From contig JAZOWN010000015.1 in the NCBI GenBank assembly GCA_045659245.1, positions 4,618-68,617 on the forward strand: DNA of 64,000 nt, in the 5' to 3' direction. This DNA is from Eubacteriales bacterium. GTDB lineage: Bacteria; Bacillota; Clostridia; Oscillospirales; CAG-272. Below the pieces are notes generated by a model. The model had not been told where the DNA came from. It ran no database searches and worked only from the letters and a program-made list of their open reading frames with translations. A program made the translations under genes and the position numbers. This document shows, piece after piece, positions 56,930 to 64,000 of the stretch; position 1 is the first letter of the stretch, and each line of letters opens with the position of its first letter.

Positions 56930-57805
56930 ATGGTAATAATAGCACAGATCATCGTAGGACTTCTTGTTGGTGTCGGTATAGGTATTATACTTATAGACAG
57001 GTTAAAGCTCCCGTCTATAAGAGCTGTGACTGCTCTTGGCAATCTCGGGAAAAAGGGAGATAAGAAGATAAGCGCATTGGAGATATATCTCGGTGATTTT
57101 TCAGCCTTTATTTCCAAGCGTATAAAGCTCAACGAATACAAGAGAGCCCAGCTTGAAGCGGATCTGCGGACGGCAAGTATGGAGATAACCCCCGAAAGGT
57201 ACGTATCTGACGCACTCGTTAAAGCTCTTATTTTAGGCGTGTTCGCAATACCCGCATTCTTTGTATTCAAGATAGCGGCTGTTGTGGTTATACTTATAGC
57301 CGTACTCATTTATTTCAAGGAATACACGGCGGTAAGCAATAGGATAAGAGAGAGACGAAAGAGAATAGAATACGAGCTTCCGAGGTTCGTAGGCTCTATT
57401 GAGAAAACTATGCAGCACAGCCGTGACGTTATCCATATACTCGAATCCTATAAGGAGATAGCGGGTGAGGATATGAAAAGGGAGATAGACATTACCGTTG
57501 CGGATATGAAGTCCGGTAACATTGTGGTTGCCCTGACACGTCTTGAAACAAGAGTAGGATCTACTATGATGAGCGACGTAACGAGAGGTCTTATCGCTCT
57601 TAACAGAGGAGACGATAACCATATCTATTGGGGACAGCTCGTTCTGAAGTTCGCGGACTACCAGCGACAGCTTCTCCGTCAGCAGGCGGATAAAGTACCG
57701 AGAAAGGTGAAAAGACTTTCTATGGCTCTTATGTTCTGCTTTATGCTCATCTATGTGGTTGTTATAGGGCAGGTGCTTGTAACCTCGCTTGGCTCTATTT
57801 TGTGA
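56930..57805 (+). CDS. TadC-like platform protein (GspF/T2SSF family)
   Basis: 291 aa with the same architecture as the preceding gene. Confidence 0.6.
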   Translation: MVIIAQIIVGLLVGVGIGIILIDRLKLPSIRAVTALGNLGKKGDKKISALEIYLGDFSAFISKRIKLNEYKRAQLEADLRTASMEITPERYVSDALVKALILGVFAIPAFFVFKIAAVVVILIAVLIYFKEYTAVSNRIRERRKRIEYELPRFVGSIEKTMQHSRDVIHILESYKEIAGEDMKREIDITVADMKSGNIVVALTRLETRVGSTMMSDVTRGLIALNRGDDNHIYWGQLVLKFADYQRQLLRQQADKVPRKVKRLSMALMFCFMLIYVVVIGQVLVTSLGSIL

Positions 57806-57813
57806 GGTGAGCT

Positions 57814-58221
57814 ATGAGAAGAATACGAAACAGAAAAGGCGAGGGATACGTTGACGTAGCTGTTGCGATACTCGTTATATCTTTTTTGCTCATACTCCTT
57901 GTCAGCGTTTTCGGAATAATACATCAAAAGCAGACACTAAACCAGATGGCAGAGCAGATCGTCGAGGTAGCGGCAATAAACGGCTGTGTTGACGGTGAAG
58001 CTATGGAACGCTTTGAGGTTTTGTGTGAGCAGATGGGAGTAACCCCACAGATTTCCTTTGACGTGGAATACTATGACGAGGACAGCGGTAAGGTTCAGCT
58101 TGGGGATATTATCTCTTGTACGCTTACTATGGATACCTCACTCATAGGCTTTGGCGGTGAGCTGTTTCCCATAGAGCTTACAGTCACCGCAAACGGCGTG
58201 TCGCAGGTATATTGGAGGTAG
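57814..58221 (+). CDS. TadE-like pseudopilin
   Basis: N-terminal NRKG-EGYVDVAVAILVISFLLILLVSVF, followed by a ~100-aa domain. Confidence 0.55.
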   Translation: MRRIRNRKGEGYVDVAVAILVISFLLILLVSVFGIIHQKQTLNQMAEQIVEVAAINGCVDGEAMERFEVLCEQMGVTPQISFDVEYYDEDSGKVQLGDIISCTLTMDTSLIGFGGELFPIELTVTANGVSQVYWR

Positions 58222-58224
58222 GCT

Positions 58225-58668
58225 ATGAGGATACTCAAGGATAAGCGGGGCATGAGCTACGTGCTTGTGTGTGTCGTGGTACTCATAGCCTCAATGCTCA
58301 TATACGTGGGCTTGGAGTATAATTCAGCTGTATTTGCAGTGAAGATGCAAAAGCAGGATGTATCCGTGAAGTTGGACAATGTGATAGCGGATACGCTGAG
58401 GGAGAGCATAGAGAACAGCACGCCAATAAGCGATAAGCAATTAGAGCAACGGGCATACGAGGCTCTTGGCTTTGAAAACATAAATACACAGATAAGGGAC
58501 GGTGACGGGCATTCTATGTCAAGACCGTCCTTTTTTATTATAATGGGAACGGATATATCTATAACGGCAGAGTATGAGCTGACTGTACCTTTCAGGCTTC
58601 TTGATGCCGAAGTGATAGATATTACCGTTCCCGTAAGAGTAACAGCAAAATATTACGAAAGGAATTGA
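58225..58668 (+). CDS. Pseudopilin-like protein
   Basis: N-terminal DKRG-MSYVLVCVVVLIASMLIYVG, followed by a ~115-aa domain. Confidence 0.45.
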   Translation: MRILKDKRGMSYVLVCVVVLIASMLIYVGLEYNSAVFAVKMQKQDVSVKLDNVIADTLRESIENSTPISDKQLEQRAYEALGFENINTQIRDGDGHSMSRPSFFIIMGTDISITAEYELTVPFRLLDAEVIDITVPVRVTAKYYERN

Positions 58669-58670
58669 CA

Positions 58671-58898
58671 ATGGCAGAAATAAATAAAAGAAATTTAAGA
58701 GCGGTGACAAGACTTATTGAGGCGGGGATCACCGACGAAAAGGAGATAGTAAATCTCGGCATATCCCGCCTTTTGGCGATACCCAATATAACGATTCAGG
58801 AGCTTTCAGCTATAAATGAGCTTCAGAAAGCAGTAAAGGCAGGGAAGGTAATATCCTTCCTCGCAGGTGAGGTGGACGATGAAGCTGGAAGAACTTAA
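58671..58898 (+). CDS. Small soluble protein, possible helix-hairpin-helix-like fold
   Basis: 75 aa from the ATG at 58671 (AAAGGAA RBS). The pattern LIEAGITDEKEIVNLGISRLLAIPNITIQELSAINELQ recalls HhH or alpha-CTD-like motifs. This is weak inference. Confidence 0.3.
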   Translation: MAEINKRNLRAVTRLIEAGITDEKEIVNLGISRLLAIPNITIQELSAINELQKAVKAGKVISFLAGEVDDEAGRT

Positions 58899-59577
58899 GC
58901 TCTGGCGGGAGCGCGAGCTGCTCTGTGATGATATACCGAAAGAATACGGCTTTCTCGGAGCAATATACGGCGTTTTCCGTGACGGCACCATAGATTGCGG
59001 AACGGAATTCCCATCAGGCTTTGGCAAGGAGCTTCAATGTGAGTTCGGCAGACTCGTCAGCCACTTGCAGAGCGAGGGAGAGTGCTTTCTACGAGACTTT
59101 GGCAGTATGCGAGAATATTGCCGTAACCACCCTCACGCGCACGTGCCGTATAAATTCAACAGAGAGTGCTGGGGCTTTCGCGTACTTACGGACAAATATG
59201 CGTGGTATATAGCCTTCACTCCTTGGAACGACGGACGTCACTTTATCGTATATTGCTACGATAGAGAAAAGCTCTTTTTCTGTCTATCCGAGGAAAGGGG
59301 ATTGGCGGTTGAGTGCTTCGGTATATTACCCTTTACGGGGGAGCGGATATTTATCCGCTTCGGTGAGGACGGTTACACCGTGTGTACCGACGATCTCGAT
59401 ACGTTAGAGGATAACAGGATCATAGTTATGGCACAGAACGGAATGTGCGGTATAACGAGAGCGCAGGTATCTGCAATGCAGAATGGAGCTATATACGGTT
59501 GGGATACACCGCTTGCTGATCCGAAACGATATGATGAGAATGGATATCTGAAAATCGGTTTGGAATTCGATACGTAG
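58879..59577 (+). CDS. Cys-rich hypothetical protein with a conjugative-element-type C-terminal motif
   Basis: ATG at 58879 after GAGGTGG. The C-terminal GITRAQVSAMQNGAIYGWDTPLADPKRYDENG resembles a short domain I recall from large Firmicute ICE/plasmid proteins. Confidence 0.4.
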   Translation: MKLEELKLWRERELLCDDIPKEYGFLGAIYGVFRDGTIDCGTEFPSGFGKELQCEFGRLVSHLQSEGECFLRDFGSMREYCRNHPHAHVPYKFNRECWGFRVLTDKYAWYIAFTPWNDGRHFIVYCYDREKLFFCLSEERGLAVECFGILPFTGERIFIRFGEDGYTVCTDDLDTLEDNRIIVMAQNGMCGITRAQVSAMQNGAIYGWDTPLADPKRYDENGYLKIGLEFDT

Positions 59578-59594
59578 AACAGAGGTGATAAGCT

Positions 59595-61652
59595 TTGTTT
59601 GATTGGATATTTGAAGGCATAGCCACGTGGATAGCAAAGGTTTCTACCGAACTGCTTGACGTAGTATCCGGTTTGTTCTTATCTGCACTCGGTACGGATA
59701 TGACGGCTATGGAAGAATATTTCCCATTCATTTCGACTGCTTTTACAGTTATGCAATATACGGCGTGGGCGCTGTTGTTTATTATTACCGTTTGGCAACT
59801 GTTCAAAGCCTTTGGCGGACCTCTGACGGATGCGGAAGAGCCGTGGGGACTAATTATGAAAAGCTCTCTGTTCGCATTTCTTATATACTTCGCAAAGCCT
59901 ATATTCCTTTACGTTCTGAATATTGCACGGGCGCCATATACGGCGCTTATGGAAATCGAGATGGCAAATGAGGATTTCACCTTTGCCGGTATTGGGGAAA
60001 TAATAGGAAATGGGATTGTGGATATCGCATCAACGTTAAGCGTGGTAGGTGTTATACTCCAAACTATACTGCTTATAACGCTTGGTTGGAACTATTTTAA
60101 GCTGTTGCTTGAGATAGTTGAAAGATATGTGGTAGTAGGAATCCTTTGCTATACGTCACCGCTTGCCTATTCAATGGGAGCATCAAGATCCACCTCGCAG
60201 GTGTTCAAATCGTGGTGCCGTATGATAGGCTCACAACTGTTGTTGCTTGTTATGAACGTGTGGTTTTTAAGAGCTTTTAATAGCTCGGTAGGACAGTTCA
60301 TGGTGAATGGTGGAGGGCTTAGCAACGGTAAAGGTAATCTCTTTTTATGGTTGTTCTGTGCCATAGCATTTTTGAAAATTGCTCAAAAGTTCGATTCTCA
60401 CCTTTCGGCAATAGGTTTGAATGTGGCACAAACTGGAACGGGCCTTGGAATGGAAATACTTATGGCTGCCAAGAGTGTTGTAAGCCTTGGCAAGTGCGTT
60501 ACAGGCTCAGGTAGGGTATTCAAGGGAACTATGGGAGCCAAATTCGGCGGATTTACCGACAGATACAGAGCTAATTCATTTGTAAGAGATTCTGTTGTTC
60601 AAGGCGGAACGAGAATGGGAGCCGGTGGATCTGTTGGATTTATCGGTCGTATGTTCGGTGGTGTAGCAGCAAGGAACGGAGCTGTCCTTTCGGGATGTTC
60701 CATATCTTCTGTTGCAAGTAGAACACCTGATGTGTCGGGAAAGATAGCAGGAGATATTGCAGACAGAAGCCTTGCAAACTATATGCCGCAGATGCAGGGA
60801 AAGACACTTAGCGGAACACAGATAACAGGCGGTCATATTTCTACCGTAGTAACTACTGCCGACGGAAAAACAGCCACCGTGGGACTTTACAATACCGAAC
60901 AGTTTGATAAGCCCACAGGAGCGCACTCAATAGTAACGGCTTCTGACGGAACGAAATGGTATCAGGTAGCAAGCGGCGCAGGTGCTGGGGAGCTTTACAA
61001 TACTCCGCAGTTTACAGGCTCTATATATGAAGCATCTCAGGTATCCGAGTTCTTCCCAAGTGCCGCAGAAGGAACTATACTGCGCACTATAGGCGCGGGA
61101 GAGATAGCGGCGTCCACACCCGATGGAGAGAGCGTTTGGTATCACAGCGCATATTATAGTGAGCCTGACGCACCCCACGATACGGTGCAGTCCTATGACG
61201 GCTCGGATTGGTATGCAATGAAGCCTCACGCGCAAACGCCTAGTTTTGAAGACGGTGAAGAAGCGTCAGAGTACAACCGAGCAAGGTTCAGAGAATTTAT
61301 GCCGGGATACGAGGAAAACGTTACGGTAGTGGATGCGGAGGACGGACAAATCGAGCTTCGTCACGAGGATGGTTCGGGTACAAAACTTTACGATGCAACT
61401 CAATACGACACACCGAGAGGAGAGTATGCGATATATGAGGACAGAAACGGTGACACTTGGTACGGTATTCACGGAGAAGCTGCCGTAGAGAAACGTCCCG
61501 TATATGAAAATGGAGAGCCGGTTTATGACGGAGAACGATTACGTACCGTAAACGAGCCTACCGTTAGATACAGAAATATTCCAAACCACTATGAAGCTCC
61601 CCAAGCACATGAAATAAAAGAGCAAAGACCGCCAAGCCGAAGAAAGACGTAA
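59595..61652 (+). CDS. Polytopic membrane protein, VirB6/TrbL-like N-terminal half, repeat-containing soluble C-terminal half
   Basis: TTG start after AGAGGTGA. It has ~6-7 TMs in the first ~330 aa, with an N-terminus (MFDWIFEGIATWIAK...) like Firmicute TrbL-family proteins. The C-terminal half has four xGxxWY motifs. Confidence 0.5.
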   Translation: MFDWIFEGIATWIAKVSTELLDVVSGLFLSALGTDMTAMEEYFPFISTAFTVMQYTAWALLFIITVWQLFKAFGGPLTDAEEPWGLIMKSSLFAFLIYFAKPIFLYVLNIARAPYTALMEIEMANEDFTFAGIGEIIGNGIVDIASTLSVVGVILQTILLITLGWNYFKLLLEIVERYVVVGILCYTSPLAYSMGASRSTSQVFKSWCRMIGSQLLLLVMNVWFLRAFNSSVGQFMVNGGGLSNGKGNLFLWLFCAIAFLKIAQKFDSHLSAIGLNVAQTGTGLGMEILMAAKSVVSLGKCVTGSGRVFKGTMGAKFGGFTDRYRANSFVRDSVVQGGTRMGAGGSVGFIGRMFGGVAARNGAVLSGCSISSVASRTPDVSGKIAGDIADRSLANYMPQMQGKTLSGTQITGGHISTVVTTADGKTATVGLYNTEQFDKPTGAHSIVTASDGTKWYQVASGAGAGELYNTPQFTGSIYEASQVSEFFPSAAEGTILRTIGAGEIAASTPDGESVWYHSAYYSEPDAPHDTVQSYDGSDWYAMKPHAQTPSFEDGEEASEYNRARFREFMPGYEENVTVVDAEDGQIELRHEDGSGTKLYDATQYDTPRGEYAIYEDRNGDTWYGIHGEAAVEKRPVYENGEPVYDGERLRTVNEPTVRYRNIPNHYEAPQAHEIKEQRPPSRRKT

Positions 61653-61667
61653 GAGAAGGTAATTTCT

Positions 61668-62564
61668 ATGGCAGATACTAAAAGTCAGAATGTCGGGGAA
61701 GGTCAGGATAATTATGCTCAAGCCGCAAAGCAAGGATATAAGGCTGCTGAGAAGATTGCAAAAAGTGCGGCAAAGTCGGCGGCAGAAGCATCTGCAAACG
61801 CTGCTGCATCAAGTGTAAAAGCAGGGGTTGAGGGCGGAAAGGCAGTTGCTGAAATTGCCGCAGGAACATCAACGGGAGGTCCTTGGGGCGCGATAATATC
61901 TGCGGCTTGGTCTTTGCGGCATACACTATTCAAAATTCTTGTTTGTGTTTGCCTTTTTATCGTTATACTTATAACCGTAGTCGTATCCATACCGGATATT
62001 ATCTTTCAGGACATTAAAGATAATTTTTCAGGTGTTGACAATATTGAGGTGAACACATTAGATGTGACTTATATGAGCCTTGCAGAGGATATTGAGAGAA
62101 GCGTAGATGAAGCGTACGAGAAAGCAAAAGAAAAAGCCCGAAGCATAATTTCGGACGAAAAATACGACAGAGAGCTGTCTTACGTGAGCTTTGATGAAAC
62201 GCTTGACGAGGCATATAATTACGACGTTGCGTATATCCTCGCAGTTTATTCTATATCCAAAGAGCAAAACGGTACGAGCAAATCACAGCTTATAAGCAGA
62301 CTTGAAGCTTCGTCGGATATGCTGTTTACGGTTGTGACTGTAGAAAAAACGGCTGAGGTTACAAGAGAGGTCGACGGAGAAACAAAGACCTTTGACGCGG
62401 CGTATGCCGTATGTACTATTGAATTGTACGACAGGGAAAAGCTACTTGATATATTTGGGGTGGAAAAGGATGCGGAATATAAGAATTACGGAATTACTTG
62501 CGGTGAGTACGCAGAATATATGGCGACAGCCTTGAGTATGATACAAAAAAACGAGACACAGTAA
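61668..62564 (+). CDS. Membrane protein with an Ala/Lys-rich N-terminus, one TM and a ~190-aa outer domain
   Basis: Low-complexity AAKSAAKSAAEASANAAASS, the TM ILVCVCLFIVILITVVVSI, and a domain with YDVAYILAVYSI that recalls the N-terminal module of conjugative-element wall hydrolases. No hydrolase domain is present. Confidence 0.4.
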   Translation: MADTKSQNVGEGQDNYAQAAKQGYKAAEKIAKSAAKSAAEASANAAASSVKAGVEGGKAVAEIAAGTSTGGPWGAIISAAWSLRHTLFKILVCVCLFIVILITVVVSIPDIIFQDIKDNFSGVDNIEVNTLDVTYMSLAEDIERSVDEAYEKAKEKARSIISDEKYDRELSYVSFDETLDEAYNYDVAYILAVYSISKEQNGTSKSQLISRLEASSDMLFTVVTVEKTAEVTREVDGETKTFDAAYAVCTIELYDREKLLDIFGVEKDAEYKNYGITCGEYAEYMATALSMIQKNETQ

Positions 62565-62586
62565 TCTAACGGTTACTATGTCTCGT
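62546..62586 (-). terminator. Terminator of the convergent AAA ATPase gene, overlapping the end of the plus-strand operon
   Basis: 13-bp stem cgagacacagtaa/ttactatgtctcg (one mismatch). The T7 run is on the minus strand. Confidence 0.6.
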
Positions 62587-62629
62587 AGAGGATTGGATAA
62601 AACGATAAATATTTTATACTTGGATACTA

Positions 62630-63883
62630 CTAAAAATTCAAACAGTCGGGATTAAGAAGAAAGTCAAATAAACTTAAAAGATAAATTCCAGCCTCGTTAT
62701 AATGAGAACGTGAAATATCTTTTACGATAATGATTTTCTTAAAAGAGTCGTTTATATGAATAAGAGAGTTTTGCTCCTGTTCTAATTTTTCTTTCGTTGG
62801 AATAGATAAAGCAGTCTGTATATAGTAGCGTTTATCGGATAAATTACAAACGAAATCTACTTCTGATTGCTTTAAAACGCTCTTTTCGCCATTTTGTGAT
62901 GAATAATATTCCACGATGCCTACGTCTACGTTAAAACCACGAATTCGTAATTCATTATAAATGATATTTTCCATAGTGTGAGTTTCTTCGGATTGACGGA
63001 AATTTAATCGTGCATTTCTTAATCCAATGTCGGTAAAATAATATTTTGACGGAGTGTTAATATATTTTCTGCCCTTGATATTGTAGCGTTTTGATTGCTC
63101 AATTAAAAAGGAATCTACAAAGTAATCAAGATAGTTTTTTATAGTGTCAGGGTGCAGTGAAACTTGTTTTTCTGTTTTAAAGGTATTAGATAGCTTTTTG
63201 GGATTGGTCAGTGAGCCAATGCAAGACGAAAGGACGTCAAGCAATTCTTCAAGCTCATAATCACCGCGGACGTTATTTCTTTCACGGATATCTTTTATAT
63301 AAGTTTCAGTAAAGATGTCCTTCAGATAGTTGGATTTGTCTTCTTCAGTTGTAAATTCAAATATTTTAGGTAATCCGCCAAAGTTGATATATTGTGCCCA
63401 TGCTTCTTCTTTTGTTCCTTTAAAGGCTGACATAAACTCAGAAAAAGAAAGTGGTGCGACGTGAATTTGATCTCCGCGTCCTCGAAATTCGGTTATAATA
63501 TCCTTCGATAAAAACTTTGCGTTGCTTCCGGTGACATAGGTGTCTGCATTCTTTATGTGAAGAAAACTATTAAGAACGTCTTCAAATTCAGGGACCAATT
63601 GTACCTCATCAAGAAGTATATAGTACATTTCCTGATCCTTAACGTAGTTATGAACGTAATCACACAAATAATCAGGATCTCTGAATTTCTTGTTTTTTCT
63701 ATCGTCCAATGCGATTTTTAAAATATGATCTTCTTTAATTCCAACGGATAAAAGGTGTTTGTGAAAGAGTTCAAACAAGAGATACGATTTTCCGCACCTA
63801 CGGATACCGGTGATTACTTTTATCATGCCGTTGTGCTTGTGTCGTATAAGTTTATCTAAATACAGATCACGTTTAATTTCCAT
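62630..63883 (-). CDS. AAA-family ATPase with a DUF4143-type C-terminal domain
   Basis: Walker A GIRRCGKSYLL, Walker B ILLDEVQ, and a typical ~400-aa architecture. AT-rich. Confidence 0.8.
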   Translation of the reverse strand: MEIKRDLYLDKLIRHKHNGMIKVITGIRRCGKSYLLFELFHKHLLSVGIKEDHILKIALDDRKNKKFRDPDYLCDYVHNYVKDQEMYYILLDEVQLVPEFEDVLNSFLHIKNADTYVTGSNAKFLSKDIITEFRGRGDQIHVAPLSFSEFMSAFKGTKEEAWAQYINFGGLPKIFEFTTEEDKSNYLKDIFTETYIKDIRERNNVRGDYELEELLDVLSSCIGSLTNPKKLSNTFKTEKQVSLHPDTIKNYLDYFVDSFLIEQSKRYNIKGRKYINTPSKYYFTDIGLRNARLNFRQSEETHTMENIIYNELRIRGFNVDVGIVEYYSSQNGEKSVLKQSEVDFVCNLSDKRYYIQTALSIPTKEKLEQEQNSLIHINDSFKKIIIVKDISRSHYNEAGIYLLSLFDFLLNPDCLNF

Positions 63884-63934
63884 ATTTCCTCCAAATGTTT
63901 TGCTTTTGGGTAACCCCTAAAATTTTTCACTATT

Positions 63935-63963
63935 ATTATACCACATTGCGGATAAAAAATCAA
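63935..63963 (-). promoter_or_regulatory. Putative promoter of the AAA ATPase gene
   Basis: On the minus strand: TTGATT, a 17-nt spacer, then TGgTATAAT, ~50 nt before the ATG. Confidence 0.45.
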
Positions 63964-64000
63964 CAAATTTTAGAAAAAAGTTCTGCAAACCCTAAAAAAA

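Noticed and set aside
48683-63948. An identical 15-nt direct repeat, tattataccacattg, occurs at 48683-48697 and 63934-63948. It brackets the island and could be read as attL/attR.
   Set aside because: On the minus strand both copies read caaTGtGGTATAATa. Each sits at the right distance upstream of a minus-strand gene (the GT39-like gene and the AAA ATPase) with a plausible -35, so they are best explained as extended -10 promoters. No recombinase gene supports an att interpretation. It remains worth a quick check against an island-free relative.
1-64000. CRISPR arrays, rRNA genes, IS transposases, integrases, toxin-antitoxin pairs and restriction-modification genes.
   Set aside because: No regularly spaced direct repeats were seen, and no ORF carries the corresponding catalytic motifs. 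Nothing could be supported.

Overview
This 64-kb window looks like a moderate-GC Firmicute, probably a Clostridia-type anaerobe. That guess rests on a complete rnfCDGEAB operon, a SpoVT-type fragment and typical Clostridia lipoprotein families. All product calls come from reading the ORF translations for motifs, since no database search was possible.

Positions 1 to about 48.6 kb are ordinary chromosomal backbone:
- Translation and cell division: glyQS (5' end outside the window), proS, rodA/ftsW-family and ftsZ.
- Central and lipid metabolism: plsY, a folC-like ligase, ribF, ispE, gap and htpG.
- Transport: SulP and NhaC transporters, the Rnf operon, an mglBAC-like sugar ABC operon, an AI-2E transporter and a CNNM/TlyC protein.
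- Envelope genes: a TagA-type enzyme, a GT8/acyltransferase trio next to a tRNA(CAU), a GT39-like enzyme, an M23 peptidase and leucine-rich-repeat (LRR) lipoproteins.

From about 48.7 kb the character changes, with AT-rich flanks and a spoVT-like gene that loses family similarity after codon 33. A two-gene regulatory module (one product sigma/ArpU-like) follows, preceded by a GC-rich, apparently structured leader.

The main finding is an 11.6-kb, 17-gene co-directional operon at 50926-62564. It combines a Tad/Flp type IVc pilus core with conjugation-like genes:
- Pilus core: an A24 prepilin peptidase, CpaB-like and TadZ-like proteins, a CpaF/TadA ATPase and two GspF-family platform proteins.
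- Pilins: two tandem Flp-size pilins and three further pilin-like proteins, all with a non-canonical [KR][KR]G-E-[GA]-Y-[IV]-D class-III-like signal.
- Conjugation-like genes: a protein with VirB2/TrbC topology, a VirB6/TrbL-like polytopic protein and other conjugative-element-type accessory ORFs.
- Absent from the window: VirB4, a coupling protein, a relaxase and a recombinase.

This chimeric locus is the best candidate for an undescribed system. Other observations are smaller: palindromic repeat elements, unusual domain fusions and candidate leaders. I saw no CRISPR array, rRNA, transposase or integrase.
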